This document shows positions 50,948 to 61,504 of a stretch of 64,000 nucleotides of DNA, in pieces. Position 1 is the stretch's first letter. Each line of letters begins with the position of its first letter. Both the position numbers and the translations under genes were made by a program. Below the pieces are notes generated by a model, which did no database searches, had not been told where the DNA came from, and saw nothing but the letters and a program-made list of their open reading frames with translations. Source of the stretch: Spirochaetia bacterium (GTDB lineage: Bacteria > Spirochaetota > Spirochaetia > SP-2023); the NCBI GenBank assembly GCA_965263295.1, contig OZ253665.1, positions 1,216,001-1,280,000 of the forward strand. The letters are read 5' to 3'.

Positions 50948-53569
50948 ATGCTCCATCCGCTCGATTCCCACGACCAATATCTAGTCAACAGCTTGCCGAT
51001 TCTGATTGTCTATGCCGAAAGCTCGGTAAAACAAGACTCCACCATACCGCAAATCCCGCTGCAAGTTCCGGCGACTGTTCAATCCCGGCCTCAGTTGCAA
51101 GCCCAATACCTTGGCGAGAATGTCGACCACAGCCTTTCCCTGCTTGTGGAAATTCGTGAACAAATCAAGTCTGAAGGTTTTCGCATCCGCGAGCTCGGCC
51201 GCTATTCCGACTTCCGAGACATGGGTTCCCAACAGCACTTTGCGGCACTCGTCTTTACCTTGCCCAGCGACTGCAACGGCCCTAACTACAGCGGTCAAGA
51301 TGTCGCAGAATATCAACTGCTCAACGAAATTGTCAGTCATATTCGCCACTACAACGAAGATGTGCCCATTTTCCTGTATGGCAAGCAGAAAGAATATCGC
51401 ATGCTGAGTGAAGACGTAGTCCGCAACACTACTGGATTTATTCACTATGGCGAAGACACCGTCGAGTTCACCGCGCGCTACATTTGCCGCGAAGCCCGTT
51501 ATTACCTCAAGACCAGCTTACCCGCTTTCTTCCGCAACCTGATGGAATACGTATACAATGGCTCCTATTCCTGGCACTGCCCCGGGCACTCTGGCGGCAC
51601 CGCCTTCCTCAAAAGCCCGGTAGGTAAAATCTTTCATCAGTTCTTTGGCGAAAATCTCCTGCGTGCCGACGTATGCAACTCCGTGGAGAGCCTGGGGCAA
51701 TTGCTCGAACATACCGGTCACATCGGTTCAAGCGAGCGCAACGCCGCCCATGTGTTCCGTGCCGATCGTCTCTACTTTGTCACCAACGGCACATCTACTT
51801 CCAACAAAATTGTCGCTCACGCCAACCTCACTCAAGGGGACCTCGTGCTGGTGGACCGCAACTGCCACCAAAGCATCTTGCACGCCTTGATCCAGACAGG
51901 GGCGATACCGATCTTTCTGCAGCCCAGCCGCAACGCTCACGGCATTGTCGGCCCGATTCCCGAAGAACAGTTCAGCCCGGAATGGATCAAAGCCGCGATC
52001 CTGGCAAACCCCCTGGTCCCAGAGTCCTATAAGCAGGGAGGCCACCGAGCTGAAACCACAACAGGGGAACCCCAAAATGAAACCGGCGCGAATAGAAGGC
52101 CAAAGGGCTCAGTCGTCGCCCCCAAAGCCATGATTCTGACCCAAAGCACCTACGATGGGGTGCTCTACAATACCGAGACAATCAAGCAAAAGCTCGACGG
52201 CTACATCCCCGTGCTGCACTTTGACGAAGCCTGGATCCCTCACGCAGTATTTCACGACTTCTATTTTGCCATGCACGCCATGGGAGAACATCGCCCCGCC
52301 ACCGAGCACAGCACCATTTACGCCACCCAAAGTACCCACAAACTATTGGCCGGGCTCTCGCAAGCCAGCCAGATACTCGTGCAGAATGCCCGCGTCACCC
52401 CGCTGGACCCGGCACCGATGGAGGCCTCCTTCTTGATGCACAGCTCCACCAGCCCTCAATATTCCATACTGGCCAGCCTGGATGTCACTTCGGCCATGAT
52501 GTCGGGCGCTCACGGCTACGCCATTGTCGAAGAAGCCATTGTCGAAGCCCTGAGTTTCCGTCAGGCCCTGCGCAAGTATGGCGAGGGCCTAGAGCCCGAC
52601 AGCTGGTGGTTTCAAGACTGGGGCCCGCAGCGCTTCAGCAGCGCCAACCCCTACCCCGAATGGCTGGACGAAGCAGCCAGCCAGCCCAATTTTGACCCGC
52701 GACAGAACAGCGGTGAGAACCTGTGGCAAAAAGAGTGGCGGCAGGACCCGCACAGCAAGTGGCACGGCTTTGACCACGAGCGCAGTCCAGACTTCAATAT
52801 GCTGGATCCGATCAAGTGTACCCTCTTGACTCCCGGCCTGGACGATGACGGCCAGCTGCAAGAAAGCGGTGTGCCCGCTGTGCTTGTCAGCCGCTACCTA
52901 CAGGAAAACGGCATCATTGTCGAAAAGACCGGCTTGTATTCCATTTTTATCATGTTTACTATTGGCATTACCAAAGGCCGCTGGAAAAGCCTGCTCAGCG
53001 CCCTGCAACGCTTTAAGCTCGACTACGACATGCAGCAGTCGCTGTGGCAAAGCATGCCGCAACTTTGCCAACAATATCCCCAATATGCGGACTTGAATAT
53101 CCAAGAATTGTCTAAAATGTTGCACGAAGGCTACCGTCGGAACCGCATCGCCGAACAGACTAGGTTGGCCTATTCCAGCCTCCTTGAGCCGAAGGCCACC
53201 CCGGCGCAGGCTTACAACGCATTTATCCGCGGCGGATACGAAAGTCTGCCCGTCTCGCAAATTGGCGCGCGTATTTCGGCTTCAATGATTTCCATCTACC
53301 CGCCCGGCATTCCCTTGGTCTTTCCCGGCGAAGTCATCTCAGCGGAAGTCCAACGCTATCTGGCCTGTATTGAACGGCAACAGCGGCAATTCCCCGGCTT
53401 TGAAATCCATATCCATGGGATACAAAATGGGATACAGACTCGCAATATTGAGGACAAAACCGGGGCCGCCTTGGCCTGGTCCGAAGACTACGGCGAACGG
53501 AGGCCCAAGGCAACACCCGCCTTTCTCGTCAATGTGCTCAAAGACGAGCCTGCAATTCTGACTGGATAA
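50948..53569 (+). CDS. Lys/Arg/Orn decarboxylase (wing-domain AdiA/LdcA type)
   Basis: WHCPGHSGG, FVTNGTSTSNK, DRNCHQS, HFDEAW, TQSTHKLLAG (PLP Lys), STSPQY and YPPGIP motifs; SD GAGGT before ATG50948. Confidence 0.92.
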   Translation: MLHPLDSHDQYLVNSLPILIVYAESSVKQDSTIPQIPLQVPATVQSRPQLQAQYLGENVDHSLSLLVEIREQIKSEGFRIRELGRYSDFRDMGSQQHFAALVFTLPSDCNGPNYSGQDVAEYQLLNEIVSHIRHYNEDVPIFLYGKQKEYRMLSEDVVRNTTGFIHYGEDTVEFTARYICREARYYLKTSLPAFFRNLMEYVYNGSYSWHCPGHSGGTAFLKSPVGKIFHQFFGENLLRADVCNSVESLGQLLEHTGHIGSSERNAAHVFRADRLYFVTNGTSTSNKIVAHANLTQGDLVLVDRNCHQSILHALIQTGAIPIFLQPSRNAHGIVGPIPEEQFSPEWIKAAILANPLVPESYKQGGHRAETTTGEPQNETGANRRPKGSVVAPKAMILTQSTYDGVLYNTETIKQKLDGYIPVLHFDEAWIPHAVFHDFYFAMHAMGEHRPATEHSTIYATQSTHKLLAGLSQASQILVQNARVTPLDPAPMEASFLMHSSTSPQYSILASLDVTSAMMSGAHGYAIVEEAIVEALSFRQALRKYGEGLEPDSWWFQDWGPQRFSSANPYPEWLDEAASQPNFDPRQNSGENLWQKEWRQDPHSKWHGFDHERSPDFNMLDPIKCTLLTPGLDDDGQLQESGVPAVLVSRYLQENGIIVEKTGLYSIFIMFTIGITKGRWKSLLSALQRFKLDYDMQQSLWQSMPQLCQQYPQYADLNIQELSKMLHEGYRRNRIAEQTRLAYSSLLEPKATPAQAYNAFIRGGYESLPVSQIGARISASMISIYPPGIPLVFPGEVISAEVQRYLACIERQQRQFPGFEIHIHGIQNGIQTRNIEDKTGAALAWSEDYGERRPKATPAFLVNVLKDEPAILTG

Positions 53570-53794
53570 AATAAAATTATATTTAACAATAAAATAATTA
53601 CAGAACCCTGGAGATTAGGGATATCTCCCGACAGCACAGCTTTGGCCGCGGTCAGTCTGCTACTTATGGACATACCGGCTGGCAAACGGCGTCTGGGCAG
53701 AAGCACCAGACCATCGACAAAAGTTCTTAACGCGTGTTGTAACTATATCTGACCTGTGGCTTTTGACTGCGCTCTCCGTTATAATTCCCCTGCT

Positions 53795-55531
53795 ATGAGC
53801 ACAGAAGACAATTCTTATACTCCTTTGGATTTTATCCGCAAAATCGTGGCCGCCGATATTGCGAGCGGCCGCTGTCAAAAAGTGGTGACGCGCTTTCCCC
53901 CCGAACCCAACGGGTATTTACACATTGGGCACGTCAAGGCGATGAGCATCAGCGCCGACATTGCCGCCGAGAACAGGGGCGACTTTATCCTGCGCATGGA
54001 CGACACCGACCCCAGAGGCGAAGAACAACAATTCATAGACTCAATTCACCGAGACGCGGCTTGGCTGGGCTTTTGCTGCAAGACCAAAGAAAATGGCGGA
54101 CGGCACTACGCTTCCGATTATTTCGGCATTTTCTACGACTTTGCCCGCTACCTGATTCAGCAAGGCTTGGCATACGTCGACGAGCTGGATGCCGAGACCA
54201 TGAACGCTTATCGCGGCAGCCCCACTGTGCCCGGCAGAAATTCCCAGCACCGCGAGCGTCCTGCCGCCGAAAGTTTGACTCTGCTTGAAGAAATGAATGC
54301 CGCTCGGCATCCCGAAGGTTCCTATACTTTGCGCGCCAAAATTGATATGCGGCACGTCAACGTACACATGCGCGACCCCGTAATTTACCGCATTAAATAT
54401 TTACAGCACCCGCGCCTGCAGAAGCAATGCTGCCTGTTCCCCATGTATGACTTCGCGCATCCGCTCGAAGATGCCATTGAGGGCATTACGCACTCCCTGT
54501 GCTCGCTGGAGTTTGAAAATCACCGCCCAACCTACGACTGGTTTGTCGACAAGTTCCACAAGTTTCGCGCTAGCAGCGCCACAAACTACCCCAAACAGTA
54601 CGAATTTGCCCGCCTGAGTATGAGCTACACCACGATGAGCAAACGCACCCTGAAAGAAATGGTGGGGCAAGGTATTGTCAGCGGCTGGGACGACCCGCGC
54701 TTGCCCACCGTTGGCGGTATGCGCCGGCGCGGTTTTCCCGCGCCGGCCTTGCTTAACTTTGTGCGGGCCGCCGGCATTACCAAAGTTCCCAGCACGATCG
54801 GTCTGGATTTTCTCTACCACCATGTGCGCGAGTATTTGAATCGACATGCCGTGCGTCGCTTTGCCGTCATCGACCCAGTCAAACTGGTCATCACCAATTA
54901 TCCCGCGGGACAGAGTGAAATTTTTGCGGCCGAGAACAACCCAGGAGACCCCAGTGCCGGCAGGCGTCAGCTACACTTTAGCCGCGAGCTGTGGATTGAG
55001 CGTGAGGACTTCATGGCGGAAGCTCCGAAGAAATATTTCCGCCTGGCTCCGGGCAAGGAAGTTCGACTCAAGCACGCTTATTACATCACCTGCAACGAAG
55101 TCATCAACGGCGAGAACGGCCAGATTGCCGAGCTACGCTGTAGTTATGACCCTGAATCGAGGGGCGGCACCACTGCCGACGGGCGAAAAATCAAGGGAAC
55201 CATTCACTGGCTTTCCTCTGACGATGCCCGTCCCGCAGAATTCCGCTTGTACGAATTGCTGTTTTCCCGCGAAGACATGAGTCAACTGGAAGAGGGCAAG
55301 ACCTACGCCGATTACCTAAACCCCGAATCTTTAATCGTAAAGCGAGGCTATGTGGAGCCCTGCCTCGCCCAGCTTGACCCCGACCCGAATCACCCCGAAC
55401 GGCAATTGGCCATGCAGTTTCTACGCCTGGGCTACTTTATCGCCGACTCACAGGACTACCGACCTGAAAAGCCCGTCTTCAATCGCGCCGTGGCCTTAAA
55501 AGATGCTTGGGCAAAGCAAGCCGCAAAATAA
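53795..55531 (+). CDS. glnS: Glutamine--tRNA ligase
   Basis: TRFPPEPNGYLHIGH, MRDPVIYR, PMYDFAH, LEFENHR, MSKR and QFLRLGYF motifs. Confidence 0.97.
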   Translation: MSTEDNSYTPLDFIRKIVAADIASGRCQKVVTRFPPEPNGYLHIGHVKAMSISADIAAENRGDFILRMDDTDPRGEEQQFIDSIHRDAAWLGFCCKTKENGGRHYASDYFGIFYDFARYLIQQGLAYVDELDAETMNAYRGSPTVPGRNSQHRERPAAESLTLLEEMNAARHPEGSYTLRAKIDMRHVNVHMRDPVIYRIKYLQHPRLQKQCCLFPMYDFAHPLEDAIEGITHSLCSLEFENHRPTYDWFVDKFHKFRASSATNYPKQYEFARLSMSYTTMSKRTLKEMVGQGIVSGWDDPRLPTVGGMRRRGFPAPALLNFVRAAGITKVPSTIGLDFLYHHVREYLNRHAVRRFAVIDPVKLVITNYPAGQSEIFAAENNPGDPSAGRRQLHFSRELWIEREDFMAEAPKKYFRLAPGKEVRLKHAYYITCNEVINGENGQIAELRCSYDPESRGGTTADGRKIKGTIHWLSSDDARPAEFRLYELLFSREDMSQLEEGKTYADYLNPESLIVKRGYVEPCLAQLDPDPNHPERQLAMQFLRLGYFIADSQDYRPEKPVFNRAVALKDAWAKQAAK

Positions 55532-55562
55532 AATGTGAAAAGAAATTTGTAAAGATTTGAAT

Positions 55563-56609
55563 ATGGGAAACCTTATGGATACAAATACGCAAATGCCTCA
55601 TTACCCCGGACACCCTGAATATCGCGATCGAGAATCATTCAATCCCGAACGGAGCCGCGATGTCTGCGCACTAATTTATGGCTGCATGGATTTTGCCGGC
55701 GACTGGAATGAAAAAAGCTTGGCGGACATGGGCCAAAGCTACCGCAAGGAACGGGTGGCACTCGCCCGCGACATACTCAAAGCTTGCCTGGAGCAAGGCA
55801 TAAACTATTTTGACCACGCCGATATTTACGGCCGCGGCAAGAGTGAGGAAATTTTTGCCCAGGCCATCAGCGAGCTCCAGGTGCCTCGCGAGCAGTATGT
55901 CATACAGAGCAAGTGCGGCATCGTGCTGCCCGATACAGCCCAGCAAAGCCCCTACTACAACTTTGACAAGGCTTATATAAGCAGCCGAGTCGAAGCCAGC
56001 CTGAAGCGCCTCAATACCGACTACCTGGATGTCCTACTCTTGCATCGTCCTGCGGCCCTCGTAGAACCCGCAGAAGTCGCCAGTGCTTTTGAGCGGCTGC
56101 AGCAGCAGGGCAAGGTTCTGGCCTTTGGAGTCAGCAACCACAGCAGCGCCCAGATTGAACTGCTACAGGCCCACATGCCCTTCCAACTCGCTTACAACCA
56201 GATGCAAATCAGCCTGTTACACCACGAATTGCTGAGCAGTGGTCTGGAATACAACACCCCCAACCCAGTGAAGCCATACTTTGACACGATTGACTATTGC
56301 CGGCTCAATGACATACGATTACAGGCCTGGAGCCCTGTGGCACGCGGCAAGATTTTTCATCGCAGCGGATCGCCCAAGGCCAAAACGCGCCTACAGGAGC
56401 AGCTGGAACAAATGGCAAAAGCCAAAGGATGCAGCCCCGCAAGCCTCGCTATCGCCTGGTTATTGCGCCATCCGGCCGGAATCCAGCCGGTCGTCGGCAC
56501 CGGCAAGGTCGAACGCTTGAAAGATTACTGCAGTGCCTCTAAAATTGAGCTGAGTCAAGCTGATTGGCATCAGCTTCTAGTCGCCGCGCGCGAGAAGAAT
56601 TTGCCGTAA
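55563..56609 (+). CDS. Aldo/keto reductase (YdhF-like)
   Basis: YGCM, FDHADIYG, QSKCGI, LDVLLLHRP, FGVSN and AWLLRHPA motifs. Confidence 0.92.
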   Translation: MGNLMDTNTQMPHYPGHPEYRDRESFNPERSRDVCALIYGCMDFAGDWNEKSLADMGQSYRKERVALARDILKACLEQGINYFDHADIYGRGKSEEIFAQAISELQVPREQYVIQSKCGIVLPDTAQQSPYYNFDKAYISSRVEASLKRLNTDYLDVLLLHRPAALVEPAEVASAFERLQQQGKVLAFGVSNHSSAQIELLQAHMPFQLAYNQMQISLLHHELLSSGLEYNTPNPVKPYFDTIDYCRLNDIRLQAWSPVARGKIFHRSGSPKAKTRLQEQLEQMAKAKGCSPASLAIAWLLRHPAGIQPVVGTGKVERLKDYCSASKIELSQADWHQLLVAAREKNLP

Positions 56610-56777
56610 CCAGCACAGGCATCAGATTGTATGACAAAACCGCACGCCGGCAAGGGCGTAAATAAGCCCACAATTTACGGCAAAGTGCGAAGTCTCCGTT
56701 CGTTTTGCCCTGAAATGCCAATTCATGGGATTGTTAAAGGCCTGCGACGCGGCAGACCTCAAGAGGGCAACGCGCTT

Positions 56778-58142
56778 ATGTCCAAGCAAAGCTATTTCGG
56801 ACAAAGATTGGGCTTTCTCCGGTCATTTGGGCACCTGAGTTTCTGGCTGCACGGCCTGTTACTCTGCCTGCAGCTCAGCGGAATTGATACCGCGGCAGTT
56901 CTCTGGGGCCAAAGCCGCCCTGGCCCGGTGCTACGCCTGGCTTATCGGCACTACGCGGGACAAAAATACCGTATTGTCGCTCAGGTCGACGAACAAGTAT
57001 TCCGCAATCGCAAGCTGATCTATAATACCCAGATATTGAACCGTATCGCCATTGCCGTCGAATCCATGAATGGTCTGAATGCGATACTCGACGTCAATTA
57101 CCAGGTCTCAGAAGAAGCGGAAAACGGCCGGTTTTTCAGCTGGACCAAAGAAAATAATTCCCAGTTTGAACTTTCGCCTCAAGGCCAGTACCTCAATGTG
57201 GGTCCCAACGACCTGACGCCCAGTCTGCGCAATGTGCCCAGCTTTCCCGCACGCGAACTTGAGCCCGGTGACGGCTGGAGCGCTCCGGGCAGCGAGGTCC
57301 AAGACCTGCGCGAAGTCTTTGGCCTGCCGGTAGAGCTGCGCTTCAATTTTGACGTCAACTACATGTATCGCGGCGAAGAGACATTTCAAGGTCGCAAACT
57401 GCAACACATCACGCTGTTTTACAACATCGCCGAAGACGTCAGCAAACAGTTGCCCACTTCACTACAGCCCAGATTCAGTCACGGCAGTCCACAGCGCTAT
57501 TCGCGCCAATCGCGGCGACAAGACGGACAAAAAATGCGGGATATCCCGCGCTCGGTGCGGGCGCAACACAATATTGAGCTCTACTGGGACAGCCGGCAAG
57601 GCTTGCCCGTATTTCAAAAAGAGGATTTTGAAGTCGCCTATCTGCTGCAAAATGGCGAAGAAGTAAAATTTCGCGGCCGCTCCCGCGGCGACATCAATAT
57701 CGCTGAAACAATGAAGCATCAGGACATGAAGCGCGAACTGGAAAGAGAGCTGCAACAGGCCGGCATTCGCGCTGAAGTCAAGCAAAACGACAAGGGCCTT
57801 TCAATTTCGATTGACTCAATCAATTTCTATCCGGACAGTAAACGCATGCTGCCGGGCGAAGAACGCAAACTGCAACGTATCAGCCGTATTTTACAAAAGT
57901 ACCCTGAGCGCGACATCCAGGTTAGCGGCCACACTGCCGACCTTGGCCAAGCCGCACAGCAACAAAAACTCTCGCAAGCCCGCGCCGCCACCGTTGGCCA
58001 ATACCTGATTGACAGGGGCGTCCGCAGCCGCGAGCAAGTAGTCATCCGCGGCATGGGAGCGACCCAGCCCATAGCCGATAATACCACCGAGCAAGGGCGC
58101 AAGAAAAACCGCCGCGTCGAAATCACCTTGCTGGAAAATTAA
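56778..58142 (+). CDS. OmpA-family peptidoglycan-binding protein
   Basis: C-terminal SGHTAD...LSQARAATV...GMGATQPIADN..GRKKNRRVEI. Start uncertain. Confidence 0.9.
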   Translation: MSKQSYFGQRLGFLRSFGHLSFWLHGLLLCLQLSGIDTAAVLWGQSRPGPVLRLAYRHYAGQKYRIVAQVDEQVFRNRKLIYNTQILNRIAIAVESMNGLNAILDVNYQVSEEAENGRFFSWTKENNSQFELSPQGQYLNVGPNDLTPSLRNVPSFPARELEPGDGWSAPGSEVQDLREVFGLPVELRFNFDVNYMYRGEETFQGRKLQHITLFYNIAEDVSKQLPTSLQPRFSHGSPQRYSRQSRRQDGQKMRDIPRSVRAQHNIELYWDSRQGLPVFQKEDFEVAYLLQNGEEVKFRGRSRGDINIAETMKHQDMKRELERELQQAGIRAEVKQNDKGLSISIDSINFYPDSKRMLPGEERKLQRISRILQKYPERDIQVSGHTADLGQAAQQQKLSQARAATVGQYLIDRGVRSREQVVIRGMGATQPIADNTTEQGRKKNRRVEITLLEN

Positions 58143-58145
58143 GTT

Positions 58146-58874
58146 ATGGATCAGGCAGACCCGGCTTCCAACTCTTCCAAGCGCCACCGCGTACAACTGT
58201 CACCTGCCTGGCTAGCCATCTTGGGCGATCTGTTTGAACAAGCACAAATGAAACAATTGGGCGAGTTCCTGCGCCATGAGAAACGGCGAGGTAAAATAAT
58301 TTATCCTCCAGGCCCGCAAATTTTTGCCGCCTTTGCTGCCTTCGCGCCTCAAGAATGCAAAGTTGTCATTCTGGGTCAGGACCCTTACCACGGCCCCGGC
58401 CAGGCTTGCGGCCTGAGTTTCGCCGTGCCCCAAGGCGTGGCCCTGCCGCCTTCACTGCAAAATATTTACAAAGAGCTCGCCAGTGACCTGCCAGACTGTT
58501 CTTCTGCTCGCAGGATAGCTGCGGGCACAGTTGACGGTCAGCTGCGCCACTGGACATCGCAAGGCGTTCTCTTGCTCAACAGCGTACTCAGCGTCGAAGC
58601 CGGCAAGGCAACTTCGCACGCCGGCAAGGGTTGGGAAGCATTCACGGACCAGGTTATCCGCCGCTTATCCCAATTGAAACCCAACCTGGTCTTCCTGCTG
58701 TGGGGCTCTTACGCGCAAAAAAAAGCCGCTTGCATCGATACCCGCGACCACTGTTTGCTGCGCAGTCCCCACCCCTCTCCGCTTTCCGCCCATCGGGGTT
58801 TCTTTGGCTCCAGGCCATTCTCGCGTTGCAACCACTACCTGCGCAGTCGTGGGCTCGCGGAAATCGACTGGTAA
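58146..58874 (+). CDS. ung: Uracil-DNA glycosylase
   Basis: GQDPYH, PPSLQNI, GVLLLN and HPSPLS motifs. Confidence 0.97.
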   Translation: MDQADPASNSSKRHRVQLSPAWLAILGDLFEQAQMKQLGEFLRHEKRRGKIIYPPGPQIFAAFAAFAPQECKVVILGQDPYHGPGQACGLSFAVPQGVALPPSLQNIYKELASDLPDCSSARRIAAGTVDGQLRHWTSQGVLLLNSVLSVEAGKATSHAGKGWEAFTDQVIRRLSQLKPNLVFLLWGSYAQKKAACIDTRDHCLLRSPHPSPLSAHRGFFGSRPFSRCNHYLRSRGLAEIDW

Positions 58875-58911
58875 AACCTTTAGCAGAAATGGCATGAATC
58901 TCACATGGATG

Positions 58912-59415
58912 TCATTGGCAGCGCAGCTCTCTGGGAAAGAAACTAATGAACCGGTTCAGAAGCCCATCCACCTGCTTTTTCGGGGCGGCCTTTTCCAGTT
59001 GTAACAGCTTGCCCTTGAAGAAAAAGCCAAAGTCCGCCCGCGCGTGAGGAAGCCCTCTGGGCAGTATCCCCTCACGATAGTCGTAACAGCGATAATTCAC
59101 GGCGCTCAGGTCCGCAAAGGAAAATTCACGGCTGCGATAGAGGAAGATCAATCCCCTCTTCAGCAGGCAACGCTCGGTTTTCTTGTCAAAGCTTAGTGAA
59201 TAACGGTAAGAGCTTCCCAGAAAGAGGAGCAGGGGGCACAATATGGTGCTGATTTTTCCCGCTGGCGACAGGTCGCGGAATTCCTGCGCCGTCATGTTGA
59301 ACAGTAGGGTCAGCAGCGAGGAAAGGAATACCAAAACGAGCATTCCCCGCAGGAGAGGATTCATCGAAAAGATGAGTTGCTCGGCATTGCGCTCTCTTGC
59401 CGCGTAAAAGGTCAT
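58912..59415 (-). CDS. Hypothetical membrane protein (2 TM), last gene of opp operon
   Basis: 167-aa ORF 4 nt downstream of oppF. Confidence 0.6.
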   Translation of the reverse strand: MTFYAARERNAEQLIFSMNPLLRGMLVLVFLSSLLTLLFNMTAQEFRDLSPAGKISTILCPLLLFLGSSYRYSLSFDKKTERCLLKRGLIFLYRSREFSFADLSAVNYRCYDYREGILPRGLPHARADFGFFFKGKLLQLEKAAPKKQVDGLLNRFISFFPRELRCQ

Positions 59416-59419
59416 GGAA

Positions 59420-60496
59420 CTATTCGTAGAGCCAGCAGGCCACCTTGTGACCGCCGCGAATCTCTTTTAGGGGAGGCATTTCCTTGCGGCATCGGTCCAT
59501 GCACTGACCGCAGCGAGAGTGGAAATGACAGCCCGGCGGAGGATGGATAGGCGAAGGCACATCTCCTTGCAACAGTATCCGCTGTCGCTGCGTGTCCGGA
59601 TCGGGGACGGGAACCGCCGAAATTAATGCTTTTGTGTAGGGATGATAGCGATTTTCATACAGGGATTTGCGCTCGGCGATTTCTACGATGCGGCCCAAAT
59701 ACATGACCGCCACATGGTCGGAAAAATACTCCACCACACTTAGATCGTGGGCAATAAAGAGATAGGTCAGATCCAGACGGGACTTCAAATCGTTGAGGAG
59801 TTCGAGAATCTGGACCTGAATGGATACGTCTAGAGCGGATACGGGTTCATCCAAAACGAGGAGCTTTGGCTCCAGAGCCAGGGCACGGGCTATGCCGATT
59901 CTCTGCCGTTGCCCGCCGGAAAATTCATGAGGATATCTATTGATGTAGGCAGGATCCAGGCCGGTGGCTTCCATCAGGTATTCAATTCTTTCCTTGCGTT
60001 GCTTTTTATCGCGATAGATTCGGTGAATGTCGAGCCCTTCGGCGATGATATCGCCGATGGGAATGCGGGGATTCAGTGAGCCGAAGGGATCCTGAAACAT
60101 CATTTGAAAATTCCTTCGGCCCACCCGCAGATCCTTTTTATCAAAGGAGGCAATATCGTATTTGGCTTTGAGCTCTTCTAGCTCCGCGCTATGACTCAGG
60201 TCTCCGGACAGCACTTGATTTTCCAGTTCCCTCATCCGCTCAATGATATCCGGCTCCACATCAAAAAAAACTTGCCCCGCAGTCGGTTGATACAGCGCTG
60301 TTAAGGTTCTCCCAGCCGTGGTTTTTCCGCATCCCGATTCGCCCACCAAAGCGAAAGTTCTTCCCCTCGGCACGGAAAAACTGATACCGTCCACCGCCTT
60401 CACATGGCCCACGGTTTTGCGGAAGATTCCCGCTTTTACGGGAAAGTATTTTTTCAGATCGTATACTTCAAGTAAATTGCTGTTTTTCTGTTCCAT
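59420..60496 (-). CDS. oppF: Oligopeptide ABC transporter ATP-binding protein
   Basis: KAVDGISF, GESGCGKT, YPHEFSGGQRQR, DEPVSALD and PPPGCHFHSRC motifs. Confidence 0.93.
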   Translation of the reverse strand: MEQKNSNLLEVYDLKKYFPVKAGIFRKTVGHVKAVDGISFSVPRGRTFALVGESGCGKTTAGRTLTALYQPTAGQVFFDVEPDIIERMRELENQVLSGDLSHSAELEELKAKYDIASFDKKDLRVGRRNFQMMFQDPFGSLNPRIPIGDIIAEGLDIHRIYRDKKQRKERIEYLMEATGLDPAYINRYPHEFSGGQRQRIGIARALALEPKLLVLDEPVSALDVSIQVQILELLNDLKSRLDLTYLFIAHDLSVVEYFSDHVAVMYLGRIVEIAERKSLYENRYHPYTKALISAVPVPDPDTQRQRILLQGDVPSPIHPPPGCHFHSRCGQCMDRCRKEMPPLKEIRGGHKVACWLYE

Positions 60497-60507
60497 TCCA
60501 TCTCCGC

Positions 60508-61494
60508 TCATTTTTTGCGATACAGGTGACAACGGCTGAAATGCCCCTCCTCTAGGGGCCCTATGGCGATCAACTCCGGTTTTTCTGTCTTACAGATATC
60601 CATCGCTTTTTTACAACGATTTTCAAAGGGACAACCAGCGATCTCTTCCATCAGGCTGGGCACCCGGCCGGGAATCGCTTCAATTTTTTTGTCACTCTGG
60701 CCCAATACGAGCAGGGAATTCAGCAGGGCCTCCGTGTAAGGGTGTCGGGGCTGAGCGTATATTTTGCTGACCGGAGCGCTCTCCACAATTTGCCCCGCAT
60801 ACATGACGACGACGCGATCGACCGATTCGGCCACAACGGCCAGGTCATGGGTAATCAGAATCACGGCCATGCCGTGCTTTTTCTGCAGTTCCTTCAGCAA
60901 TTCCAGTATCTGGGCCTGAATGGTGACATCCAGCGCCGTGGTTGGTTCATCGGCAATTAAAAGGCTGGGGTTGCAACTCAGGGCAATGGCAATCATGACT
61001 CTCTGACGCATCCCGCCTGAGAGTTCATGGGGAAAGGCATGCATCCGTTCTTGCGGCGCCGGGATTCCGACCTCCCTGAGCAATTCAATTATGCGCTCAT
61101 CCTGCTGTCTGCGGTTCAGCTTTGTGTGAAGCCGCAGGGCCTCGCGTATCTGCTCGCCACAGGTCATGATGGGATTCAGAGCCGTCATGGGCTCCTGAAA
61201 AATCATGGCCATTTCGCGGCCGCGGATGGAGGAAATGGTCTTGTCATCCATGGCGAGAAGGTTTTCTCCGCGCAGCAGGATTTCCCCTTGCTCTATTTTG
61301 CCCGGCGGCATATCCAGCAGGCCCATAATGCAATACGACGTCACCGATTTGCCGCATCCGGATTCACCGACAATTCCCAGGGTTTCTCCCTCTCGAAGGG
61401 TGTAGGAAATTCCGTCCACCGCCCGGACGACGCCTTCTTCCGTGTGAAAGGAGGCCTTCAGATTTTTCAGCTCCAGCAGTATGTCCGTTCCCAT
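60508..61494 (-). CDS. oppD: Oligopeptide ABC transporter ATP-binding protein
   Basis: GESGCGKS, IFQEPMTALNP, LSGGMRQR and DEPTTALDVTIQAQ motifs. Confidence 0.95.
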   Translation of the reverse strand: MGTDILLELKNLKASFHTEEGVVRAVDGISYTLREGETLGIVGESGCGKSVTSYCIMGLLDMPPGKIEQGEILLRGENLLAMDDKTISSIRGREMAMIFQEPMTALNPIMTCGEQIREALRLHTKLNRRQQDERIIELLREVGIPAPQERMHAFPHELSGGMRQRVMIAIALSCNPSLLIADEPTTALDVTIQAQILELLKELQKKHGMAVILITHDLAVVAESVDRVVVMYAGQIVESAPVSKIYAQPRHPYTEALLNSLLVLGQSDKKIEAIPGRVPSLMEEIAGCPFENRCKKAMDICKTEKPELIAIGPLEEGHFSRCHLYRKK

Positions 61495-61504
61495 GCGCTG
61501 CCTC

